From Chlorokybus atmophyticus (Eukaryota > Plantae > Mesostigma and Chlorokybus algae), in assembly GCA_009103225.1 (NCBI GenBank), contig RHPI01000446.1, positions 87,038 to 151,037 on the forward strand: 64,000 nt of DNA. The letters are read 5' to 3'. The notes under the pieces were generated by a model that saw only the letters and a program-made list of their open reading frames with translations, was not told the origin of the DNA and did no database searches. Position 1 is the stretch's first letter. Each line of letters starts with the position of its first letter. Shown piece by piece: positions 1 through 12,100 of the stretch. Position numbers and translations under genes: made by a program.

Positions 1-421
1 GGAACCCGAGCGGTCCCAGCTCAGCCAGCAGTTCATCCACATTGTCACGAGCAACAAGGTTCACCACCACATGGTTCTCGCCGAGGCCGTGCGGGTGTAT
101 TGCCGCATGAGACAACACGTCTTCTTCTGTTTCTTCCAAAGCCATGCGGCCAATGCGAGCGGCGTGGCGCTCGGCGACGAGGCGAAGGCCACCGCTGACC
201 ACAGGAGAAAAGCCACCTGGAGGGAGGGAACACTGAGAGAGTGGGGTGTGAGAGGTTGAGCTGGTCGGTCAAGTGGTCTACTTACTTTGTGAGTGTGGCG
301 CTTGTTGCATTGCGTGGGTGGAGGTCAGCAGCAGCATTGCTGGGAGGATGGAAAGCCAGTGCCATGCGCGGGCATGCATGGCGGCGCGGCCGCTGGAGTG
401 GGAGCTGCATGAGGTGGTCAT
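1..421 (-). CDS. Partial unidentified protein with N-terminal signal peptide/anchor (runs off the left edge)
   Basis: ATG 421; exon 1 MTTSCSS...AWHWLSILPAMLLLTSTHAMQQAPHSQ joined by a phase-1 GT-AG intron to an open exon SGFSPVVSGGLRLVAERHAARIGRMALEETEEDVLSHAAIHPHGLGENHVVVNLVARDNVDELLAELGPLGF. Family not recognised. Confidence 0.6.
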
Positions 422-1153
422 GGCGGCCAGCAGCAGGGGATGAGGGTGCAAGCACTACAAACAAGACATAAGTTTTAGTCGCAATTGACGCACATTGTCG
501 CGCTGCTGGTCACTGAGGAGAATGCGTACGCTGTATGTACAATGTGACATGCGTACAACGAGAACCAATTGGAAGAGCCACTTTCACAACACAGACGCAC
601 GAGCAAACGCACACGTACACACACCGCACAGCAGGAGGCCAAGACCGCCTGCGTATGTTGCACCCAACGCCGCCGCCGCCGCCGCTCACCCGAGTGGCTT
701 CTTTCACCCCCAACTCAGCACTGTGATGGACTAATGACTCACCACTGGAGGCAGGCTTCACAGCAAACAAGGACAGTGGAAGAGAGTTACATAGACACCA
801 GTCGCCCACAGCATATTATTACCCAGGTACAGGTGAACCCAGCATCATTCCTTGATTCAATCACGTGTGTTCAATTGCACCCCAACCGGGCCTTGGGCGA
901 TGCACACACGTCAGACACACAGGCGGCGCTCCCATGCACACGATGATGATGCATGCGAGCGCTTCTCCTCTCTCGTCTCTCCTCTCACATGCATCATCAA
1001 ACCGAGGAGAGAAGGTCACAGCAGCAACCAGAATAGCCCCCCTCCCACGTGAGGATATACCTGAGCCGTATACCTTTAACATATATATACCCGCCGACAC
1101 AATCTGGGACTTGGAGATTTGGCATTGTTGGGGGGTGCGCGTGACCCGTGTCC

Positions 1154-1229
1154 ATAAAGCGGCTGACTGTGACAGAAAAAGTACCTCAACACAACAAGTG
1201 GAGGTACTCTTCTGTCACAGCAGCTTTAT
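1154..1229. repeat. Imperfect inverted repeat / hairpin (76 nt)
   Basis: CTGTGACAGAA pairs with TTCTGTCACAG, AGTACCTC with GAGGTACT, and ATAAAGC with GCTTTAT; there are small bulges and a short loop. Confidence 0.8.
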
Positions 1230-1899
1230 CACAACTTTCTGCTTCCGACCGACGATGCCTCTTGCAGTTGAGGCCTCCTCAACACTTCGCATGCCTCTTC
1301 AACTCCAACGGACTCACTGCCTGTTGTTGTGAATGACGTCCTCAATGCTGGTTGGAGTTAACGTTTCAGTCATGGGGTGTGCAGGTCTGCTGGTGGTGTT
1401 ATCATTACATTGTCAATAGTCTGCACTCAGCACCACACCGCCTTACGGAGTCACCATGACATGCATGCTGGGCAGGCAAGGGTGCTTTCTGTGATAGGGG
1501 CTATTCTCTGATTACCCGCAGTGCGGGTCCCGCACCTTTTTGCCAACGGGGCTGATGCCTTTTCTGTCTGTCCAGCAGACATGTCGGTTGTTGGTAGTAG
1601 AACTGGGTATAATTGACAACATAGCATCCCTCCCTAGGCTGTATGGTACAGGCTAGCGAGGGGCGCTTTTTTCTAGGCTGCATCATACAGCCTGTATGCC
1701 TTTATTGAGCGTGCGGCCTGCCTATCAGGAGCTGCCTAAGCCTAGCCTACCATGAAACCAATGATGCCCACCATCGCTATTGCAGTAAGGGTATGGGCTG
1801 TTCCTTCATCAGTCAGCCATGCAATAGCGTCGTGTTAGCAGTTATAGACCGGTTTGCGCGTATGGGTGGATGGTGAAAATGGTGAGAGTGGCATGCTGA

Positions 1900-3300
1900 T
1901 CGCATGCATCATGTCTCACTCAATTCACAACGTGTCAGCTTGTGAGCAAATTAAAGCATCCACATGCAAACATATTTATATGCATGAAACGACAGCAAGG
2001 ATCTTATGATTCATAACCTAAGGTTATTATAGTAAGCATGCTTAAATGCTTGTTATTGTCATTCAAATAAAGCGAGAGATATTCTAGCATGTGCATGCCA
2101 TCATGCTATAATCTTCATGCTTGATAAGGACGAATGTTCGTTTTACATGCAATGACATCGGTTATGAGAAGTTTGAATGCAATGCTTAAGCATACATCTG
2201 GCAGTTTTTCAATACTCATGGCCAAAAGAAGATTGTCATATGTTTACCCTTGAAGCATTAATCCCTTAAACATTGCTTCCTTGTAAACATCACCCATGCT
2301 TGATTACAATCAATTGACCAACAAACGCTATTTATTACACGCTGACCTGCATAACATATGATAAAATGAGGTTATACGTAAGCAGACGTGTGAATGTTTG
2401 CTGTGTAATTGTAACACTGTGCAATTGCTGCATACGGTGATCGCAATGCAATATCGCCCGCAATAACATGGAACCAATGACGCAGTTTCAGTGTGATGTA
2501 TGTGACAAGATGTCACATGTATCACATTGCTTGAACATCATGCGATAAGTTGCTTATGATGTTTGCTAACTTGAATTCTTAGAAAGAACGTTGTGAAATG
2601 TTGATGCTCATTACCAATGAGTATATAAAGTATAAGTTGATGGATAAGCATTCATTTCATGTCGATGTGTTAAAGTTAACTCATAAGTAATAAGTATATA
2701 TGGTATAGATTAATGGATAAGCATTTATTCTTTATTAATGTGTTATGAGGACGGATATCGATATGTTGCAGCAAAGTTGGTTGTACTTGTGTTCTTGTAC
2801 GATGCACACATATGTAAGCTGCATTCAATTTACAACTTGCTATCGGTTTATGGCTGCAGAAAAAGAAGATGCATGAGGGATGCCATGGATGCCAGTGGAT
2901 AATCAAAGGATTTGTACGAACATCCAATTGACTTTATGTGCATATTAAAATTGGGACAAGCATGATTGGCGGAGTTGATTCATTCCTCTCTTTTAGTAAT
3001 CACGGCAGAGACCTGTGTACATGTCATGATGATTCCCTTAATTGTCAGCAAGTACAGAAGTTACAGACGGGTGTGTTGTATATAGTTTGCATGTGTAAAG
3101 CATGTTGTAATTGTGACAATCCCCACCCACTCTCAAACTCATCCCAATTGCACCTACATCCCCAAGCCTACGCGCGTGTACATAAATCTCTAAAACTATT
3201 GTGTACGCAATGCATGCAAGTGTGCACGCACATTAACACACATAAGTTGCTGAAGCTTCTTGTCTCCACCTCTGGTCAACCATCATGCTAGGATCCAATG
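1900..3300. other. AT-rich, intron-free degenerate island (possible decayed TE or foreign DNA)
   Basis: Visibly more AT-rich than the flanks, rich in TG/CA, and without long ORFs or splice-structured exons. Boundaries are approximate. Confidence 0.5.
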
Positions 3301-3685
3301 CATAAAGCGTGCGGTTTAGAGACCTATCTAATGCTCGTGCGCAGCACAAACAAATGCGCACACACTTAAATGCACATATGTTGCCCGATTTGTTGTTGTT
3401 TGTTGCCATTGCTATGCTACGGTATTCACGGAGCATACAAGGGTGGATGTTGTTGGGTTTAACATGTCACAACCGTCTTTGAAAAACACATACTGCACCA
3501 ACAGCTTCTGCTTATTCAACAACACTCTAGAATGACTACACACGCTAACCCATGCGATGAATATCGGGCAGCAACAAAGTATACACAATCTGCAACAATG
3601 AGCAATGGTACACACACATATGTATCTCACTACAATACTTGAGTACTCCAGTACATTTTCGTTTCCTTCTTTGTGAATCTCTCCC

Positions 3686-5107
3686 TCAGGCGGGTGAGAT
3701 GCGCAAACCCGTGAAGACCTCACCTTCGCCCAACACGTGCACGTCGACGCTCTCGGCTTGCAACTGCAACGGAGCTGCAATAACCACACACCGATGCGAT
3801 GTCAACCCGCCCAAACACACATGCACAAGCGAACACGCGCATGTGCGCGCACACAGCACGTGCTCGTGCGCACATGTATGCACATGCACACAGACACACA
3901 CGTGCGCACCCACCATAGTATAAGAACGGGAACGTGTGGTGCGAGTGCTTGTCCGGCTGCTCTTTCGTGATCTTCACGAAAGCCTCCCACGTCGCGTCCG
4001 CCGCCGGTCGTGGCATCAGAAACACGTAGTCCTGTCGTTGCGGTTGTTGTTGTTATCTCATGCACGTGCCACTGTGCCACCAACACACGACATGTGCAGC
4101 ACCTCGATGGTGGGAGGCATGCGCAGGCCGTCGTCGGGTGGGGGCGGGGCGGAAAGGGGCACGAAGCTGAGGAAGCCAGAGTGGACGCTCACCTTGCCGA
4201 TGTGATCGTACTGCGAGGGGAAGTGTGTGTGCATGTGCGCGCGCGTGCATGCGCAAGTGTATGCCAGTGCGTGTGTACATGTGCATCTGCACGTGTCTAT
4301 CGTCGGGATTGTTGTGCAGTGCAATTTCCATATTGATTCGCTTACGTCTGATAGCTTGTCTGAGCGCTCGCCCAAGTAGAGGTAGTCCTTGTCCTTGGAC
4401 AGCTGCAGGCCGTCACTCTGCGCGCAAGTGGGCACATGAACACGCGCACGCACACATGCACATGCACACCTGCGCAGACATCATTGCACACAAACACTCT
4501 CGCGCACACACACACACACGTGCATACCAACACTTGCGCACATGCATACAAGTTTGTGCATGCACGCATGCATGCACAAAGTTCCGCACACCCAAGCAAA
4601 GTTCACAATGCCTCGAAATTGAACGCCTACGTAACAAACAGAATGCGACAACCATGCACACATACACCAATAGTTGCACATGGTCACTCACCTCACGCAG
4701 CTGTTCAGCAAGCGGTTCCGGCATCATAAACGCCACAACAGTCCCAACTTTGCTCTCTCCTCCTCCTCCTGCTCCTCCTCCTCCCTTCTCTCCTCCCTCC
4801 CCTCTCCCCGTGGCCGCCCCGCGACGCTTGCCCTCCTCCACCAGCTTGCCGATGTCCAGCGCGAGGTGGGCGTCCACCAGAGCGACCTGGAGGAGGAGGA
4901 GGAGGGGCAGGGGGTTGTGGGTGTGGATGTGGGAGTGGGTGTGGTGGTGGTGGGGGGGGTTTTGCTTACCGGGTGGAGCCTGACGGGCTTGTCTGCTGCT
5001 GCGGCGGCAGCAGCGAAGGTCCTGCAGGTGGAGGAGTAGGGGGACAAGGTTGCGGTCGAGCGCATCAGCAAGCTGCCACCGCGGCGCAGGCACGCCGCCG
5101 CCGCCAT
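3686..5107 (-). CDS. Unidentified multi-exon protein with mitochondrial-like transit peptide
   Basis: ATG 5107 MAAAACLRRGGSLLMRSTATLSPYSSTCRTFAAA; in-phase exons VALVDAHLALDIGKLVEEG...AEQLRE, SDGLQLSKDKDYLYLGERSDKLSD, YDHIGKVSVHSGFLSF, DYVFLMPRP...HTFPFLYY, APLQLQAESVDVHVLGEG. The 3' end is uncertain and may extend to about 3233. Confidence 0.7.
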
Positions 5108-5810
5108 GATGCCCGCCTTCAACAACAACAGGTGCTGAAGCAGACGTCCCAGCTCGTTTGTTTCAGCCGCAGTCGTCGCTGCCGCAGCGTGGTGGCTGTT
5201 GCTGTTGGCGGCGGCGGCGGCGGCGGCGGCGGCGTTATTGCCAAGAGGAAACTCGCCCATTTGCTCTCCTCTTGTACTTTTTGCTGAAATACAGTTTAGT
5301 TGCGTGCGTGCGTGCGTGCGTGCCTGTGTGAGAGTGTTAGACAGGTGGTCAGCGTGATTGGTGGTTGTGCCTGCGCATGGCGGGTGGCGGTGAGGCGGAC
5401 AAGTACACGCCGCCTCACTGGTGAGCAAACCATGCGTTAGATCGCTTGTTGCTGACCTTTGACGTTACTCTGGATTGTTTTTGTTTTCTCGGTCAACCAT
5501 GCCATGCCGTGCTCACCCTTTGTGTGTTTGTGCGTCCGGTGTTTTTCTTTCTTCGGAGCTGCGGGGGAGGCTTAATTGTTTTTAGGCTTGATGGTTGAGT
5601 TTGTCACGTCGTGTTCTATATGCACACACACATAATCAAACAGACTGACTGATAATCAGACACACAGAGACCAACAATCAAGGACACACGCGCACGCAGC
5701 CCTCCTTTGTTGTATGACACATTGTCACCATCCTCATCGCCACCACCATTTCCATTGCAATTATCATCATTACCTCCACCACCACCACCACCACCACCAC
5801 CACCACAACC

Positions 5811-7445
5811 ATGTACTCGTGCAGGGCGTGCCCCCCTCGTTCGTCGGGCTCCGTGTTCCTCGACGCCCTCAAGTCCGGCACCCTCGTCGACTCCCACGCC
5901 ATCGACAACAACGCGCATGTGGTGCTCGGACGCAGCCCGCAGATAGCGGACATCGTCCTAGACCACGCATCCATCAGGCACGTGTAGTGATGATGTGGTA
6001 TACTGTGTGTGTGCTTGTGGTGATAACCTGTTTGATGGTGGGATTGATGTCAGTCGGCAGCACGCTGCGTTGGTACACAAGCGTGACGGCGGCGTGGCGC
6101 TCATCGACTTGAACTCCGCGCATGGGACGTTTGTCGACGGCACGCGCATCGAACCCGACACTGCTGTCGGTAAGAGTGCATACGCATTGCATGTGTGGGC
6201 TTGTGCAGCATGAGTTTCCTTCCTTTTGGTAATGCATACATGTTTGAGTCAATGAACTGTAGACCTCAACACAAAGTGCACGATCACGTTTGGCGCGTCC
6301 ACGCGAGAGTATCGTCTGCGGCGCGAAGAACCTATCCGCAAAAACACTTCTGGTAAGCCAACAGCACTATGATCCGTTGTGTTGGTTCCATATGTTCGCT
6401 GAGGGGGCTGTATAGCAAGTGTCATAGGCATTGCACCACACATCACATGTATCGGTTACATCGCACAGGCACAAGCACACATATGTGTACGCGCATGCCT
6501 GCACGCCTGCTTGTGCGTACCCCAGTATGCATACAGCACACGCACTTACAGATAGGAGGGCCAGAGACAGCGACAGGAAGCGCAGAGACCGCAGCGTGTC
6601 GCCTCCATCCCGCTCTCGCGACACAACAACAACAACAACAACAACAACCACAAGCGCACACGCACCGGCACAACCAGCTGCAAAGCCATCCACCAGCGGA
6701 TGGGACCAAACGGTCGCCCCCGCAGGCTAGTTGATTGATGATCTCAACGCAACACGGTACATACGTTGTTGGTGTTTTGTTATGGGAGTTTCATGTTTGA
6801 TGTGTGTCAGGTGGCCCGAGGTTGCCATTGAGTACAGAAGACAAGAAGAAGCTTTTGTGGGGTAGCAAAAAGCAGGCCGCGGCAGCGAGCACTGAGGTAC
6901 GCACTCAACAAGGTGTCATGTACGCGTGTGCACGCTTGCCTTTGTTCCTTACGAGACAATGAAGTGATGTGCGTCGTTCGTTTGTGCTGTAGCCTGCGGA
7001 CGAGGTGCCTGGAAACAGTCGGTGGGACTCGGTGCAGTTTGACGACCCCGAACGCAGCATGAAGTTCAAGAAACTCATGGTACATGCACACAGTATCAAG
7101 CAGGGTTGTTCATAACTGTGCCTATATAAGCACACGTGCATATGCATGTATGCACGCGTGCGTGTACGTGTCCGTGTTTTCCCGCATGCACCAACTCAGC
7201 ATGTACCAACTCTGTTGACCCATAGACCACTTCATAGACCTCACAATATGTCATGTTCACAGGGCATCAAGGCGTCATCATCATCGCACCCAACAGCTGC
7301 GGGCCCAAGCAGCAGCACTCTAAAGAAGGAGGCGGCCGCGCCGCTGAGGCCGGACAAGCAGCGGCAGGTGTCGCAGGAGCTCGAGGAGCAGTTCGTCTCG
7401 GGACTCAGGAGAAAAGATGGCAGGACGGTCGGCTTGGGTCGCTAG
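5811..7445 (+). CDS. FHA-domain protein with C-terminal SMAP (RSRC2-like) domain
   Basis: FHA motifs LGRSPQIADIVLDHASISRQHA, IDLNSAHGTFVDG and ITFGASTREY; RS-like linker DRKRRDRSVSPPSRSR; then KKKLLWGSKK, WDSVQFDDPERSMKFKKLMGIK and ELEEQFVSGL. All six exons splice in phase, two via GC donors (5978, 6726). The start codon is tentative. Confidence 0.85.
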
Positions 7446-7800
7446 CACGGAACAGAGAGAGAGAGAGAGAGGGAGGGGGAGAGTACCTTTGTACAGCGGA
7501 GTTGTGGCTTCCAGCGCTTTGCGCGACTGTAAACATTTAAGGCAACGGTGTTTATCATGCGAGATGTGTGATGTGTATGGGATGCTCCATCACACATGCG
7601 GTCACAAGGCATATGGACACGCGCATTCTGTTGCTGCATGCATGCCGTTATGACATAGCTTCGTGCCAGTATTGCGCAACAGTATGGCACATGCGTGTGT
7701 ACGTGGGTACAAAGGGGAACTCGCACATGCAAATCGGCGTGAACATGCAATACAATAACCACAACAACCACTCACCAACTTGGCCTCCGGGCAAAGGCAT

Positions 7801-8310
<510 letters not shown>

Positions 8311-9152
8311 AGCGGCAGTTGTCCATGCCTATCACACACGCTAAGCACACGCTAAGCACACACTAGGCACACATATAGCGATCAACATGCTATGTACCGA
8401 CTACCACTACCACTACTGCCCCCCCTGTCAGACAACTGGGTGTGCATACACATATGCACACCCAGTTTCGTGCACGCACAGCACCATGCAGACACATCTT
8501 TATCGCTGCACTGCACGTCTTGTACACGTGCACACTTACACACATAAACAGTTGCGTGCACCATGCACGCAATGCTATCCACCCCGCTCCCTCGCCTCAG
8601 ACACACTTAGATAGTGCACACATCATAGCCAAGCCCTTGCCCGTGTAATTGAAGTGCCCTGGTGCGCTGAGAATGCTGTTGCTGGTGTGCACTGTGTGCT
8701 CCCTGCTCTTAAATGTTCGGAAAGCCTATGCACGCAATATTATAACATACTGGGTTGGTTGCAGCAAACAGCAATCAGCCAGCAGCAGAGGGGAGGCGAC
8801 ACTGGCCTAAGGCCATCGTGCCCCACAACACTGTTAACCAACGACGCAGCCAACTTGTAAGCAAGCAACTTAGAGCCCCTGCTAAAGCAACAACAAGCAC
8901 ACAGTTGATGCTTGGGCAAATAACATAGCGCAGTCCATATTTGCCAGCCAAACCAACGCGCGGTGTCTATGGCACACTCATCCACTAGTGTGGTCCCAGT
9001 TAAAGCCGTCCCAGCACTTCATACCGTGATATATGCACTACCCCAACCCTAGCACAAACGCTCTCAGCTACGCATACCAGAACCAGGCACTAATAATGTT
9101 TCCTATCACCTAACATGCTGCTAAATCAGCATAATGATTGCAGCTGCATTGA

Positions 9153-12100
9153 TCACGGCTCGTAACTGAGCATGGGCCCAAGCCACTTCTCGCACTCTTG
9201 CACGGGCATGCCTTTGCGGGCAGCATAGTCGTGCACTTGATCGCTTGTGATCTTACCAACAGCGAAGTACTCGGAGCATTTGTTGGCAAAGTACAGCCCG
9301 CTGACGCTGGCCGCTGGAAGCATGGCGAGGCTCTCCGTCAACTCAATGCTTGTCTGATCCTGGATGGCCATCAGGTTCCACATCGTCGTCTTCTCGGTGT
9401 GGTCCGGCTGAGACGGGTAGCCCGGTGCCGGCCTGATACCCTGCATTCCAAGACAACAACTCGTTACACGCTTGCGGCCACGTGGGCACTCATGCGCATA
9501 CACGCATGCACATACACATCCACACCTCCAGGCCATTATGACAACATGCATGTGTGAACCCTGCTGTACTGACCTGATACTTGACTTTAAGTTTGTCTTC
9601 AGCACTCAGGTTCTCATCCTTTGCATAGCCCCAATACTCCTTTCGCACAATCTCATGCAGCACTTCAGCAAACGCTTCGGCCAGCCTGTCGGCAAGGGCC
9701 TCGGCCATGATGTAGCTGAAGTCGTCGTGGGTATCCTTGAACTTCTGGATCATCTCATCCAAACCGAAGCCTGCGCTCACGGCAAACATGCCAAGGTAGT
9801 CCTTCACTCCTGAGCCCACGGGTGCAACGAAGTCCGAGAGAGCAAGATAGGGTTGCTCTGTTTCTTTCTCGCCTTGCTCCCGAAGAGTGTAGAATGTCGT
9901 AAGCACCTGGCAAGGACACATCAGAATATTTATCCACAGTATTGGAGACATTCACAGTACTGTCTGTGGGCATTACAACCTCAACGTAGCCATAATAGCC
10001 AGTGCGGTTGGGGCATGTACCTCGCTGCGTGACTCGTCTGTGTAGATGATGATGTCATCGCCATCAGAGTTAGCAGGATAGAACCCTACGATACCCCGCA
10101 GCTGAAGAAGCTTCTTGTCTACTATGTCCTTCAGCATGGCATTGGCCTCTTCAAACAACCGCTTGGCCTCAGCGCCAACTGTCTCATCGTTGAAGATCTT
10201 TGGAAACCCGCGATTCGGGTAGCGCCCTCGCAGCTGCCAAACCTGCCAACAACATGCAAGTCGAGTCAGCCTTTGTAACAGCACCACTCACACGTTGGTA
10301 ACTAGCTCGCCATCACGCAGATAACAACTGCCACGTGCCTGAAAGAAGGGGTTCCAGTCGATATCTTCAAGAACCTGCTCCAGCGGGAAGTCCGTGAGAA
10401 CTTTGTTGCCTAGGAAAGAAGGCGTCACTGGCTTGTTTTCGGGAAGCGACCAGTCAACCTTTAGATGGTTAGCGCGTGCTTTGGCAATGGGCAGGTACTT
10501 CCTGTCTTCCAAGCTAGCATAGAACTCCTGCAGCATATCTTATCAGATACTATACTTAATCACTGCACCCACACGATTGCCCAATTGAACAGACACTGCC
10601 TCATGCAAGCTGTCACGGTGCTGCATATGCTCCACATGATTGCCCAGCAGGGTAGCCCATAACGCATTGACTACCTACCTCGCGCATCTCTGCATAGGTG
10701 TCCGCAATATCTGCATTGAACTCCTCCTTTTTGTTCGGGTCAAGCAGACTTTGAACAACAGTGACGCTGCGGGAGGCATCCAGCACATGCACCGCCGGGC
10801 CGCTGTACTGAGGTGCGATCTTCACCGCCGTGTGCATCTTGCTGGTTGTTGCACCGCCAATCAACAAGGGAATCTTCAAGCCCTGCTTCTCCATCTCGCG
10901 GGCGACGTGTACCATCTCATCAAGCGATGGCGTGATCAGACCGCTCAAGCCAATAACATCAGCCTTGTGCTCCTTGGCCGCAGCCAATATTTTGTCACAG
11001 GGTGTCATGACGCCCAGATCAATAACCTGTGAGCAAAAACTCACATCAGTGTCCGCATGTGTTTGCAGTAAACCAAGTGCTTTGTGCACTCATGTGTTTG
11101 AGCGAATGCACAATGCATTTAATATGCTCTTGTCACGCATTATCATGCAAAACACCCTCGTCCATGGCACAATAGGCACCTTGTAGTTGTTGCATCCAAG
11201 CACGACAGCCACGATGTTCTTGCCGATATCGTGAACGTCGCCCTTGACCGTGGCAATGACCATGACGCCCGCGTTGCTCTCTTTTTCCTCTGCCGCGTCT
11301 GGGTTCGCCAACCTTGCGAGGCGTTTCTCTTCCTCCATGAAGGGTATCAGGTGGGCGACTGCCCGCTTCATGACGCGAGCTGACTTGATAACCTGGGGCA
11401 AGAACATCTTGCCTGCCCCAAACAGGTCGCCAACGATGTTCATGCCATCCATGAGAGGGCCCTCAATGATATGCAACGGACGCACGTAGCGACCGCCAGC
11501 ACGGGCCTCCTCAGTGTCCCGCACAACGAACTCATCAATGCCCTTCACGAGCGCATGCTCAATGCGTTTCTCAACAGGCTCATCCCGCCACGACTTGACA
11601 GCTAAATTTTGCAAACACAAGGGGTTGATGGTACAGCCACTGGTAAGAAAGCTCCTCCATGACCACATGGACAGCATGCAGGTGGTCTAGCGGCAAACAA
11701 AGACTTACCAACTGCTGCTTGGCTTGCTGGCTTGTTCCTTGCGTCCAGCTGTGCAGCAAACTCCAGCATGCGCTCGGTGGCATCATCGCAGCGGTTCAAA
11801 AGAACGTCCTCGACATGCTCAAGGAGGTCTTTGGGGATTTTATGGTATTCATCTGCTTTGACCTGGGCTGTGTTGACAATGCCCATGTCCATGCCATGTA
11901 GGCATGCATGATACAGGAAAGCACTGTGGAAGGCCCGCCTCACAACATCATTCCCACGGAAAGAGAAGGCAATGTTTGAGACACCACCGCTGATCTTGGC
12001 TCCCGGGCACATGCGCTTGATCTCACGGACAGACCTGCCAAAGACACACAGTGGATGAGCTAGCTTCTCATACATAAGCTTTAGCGCGCTTGCGTATTAA

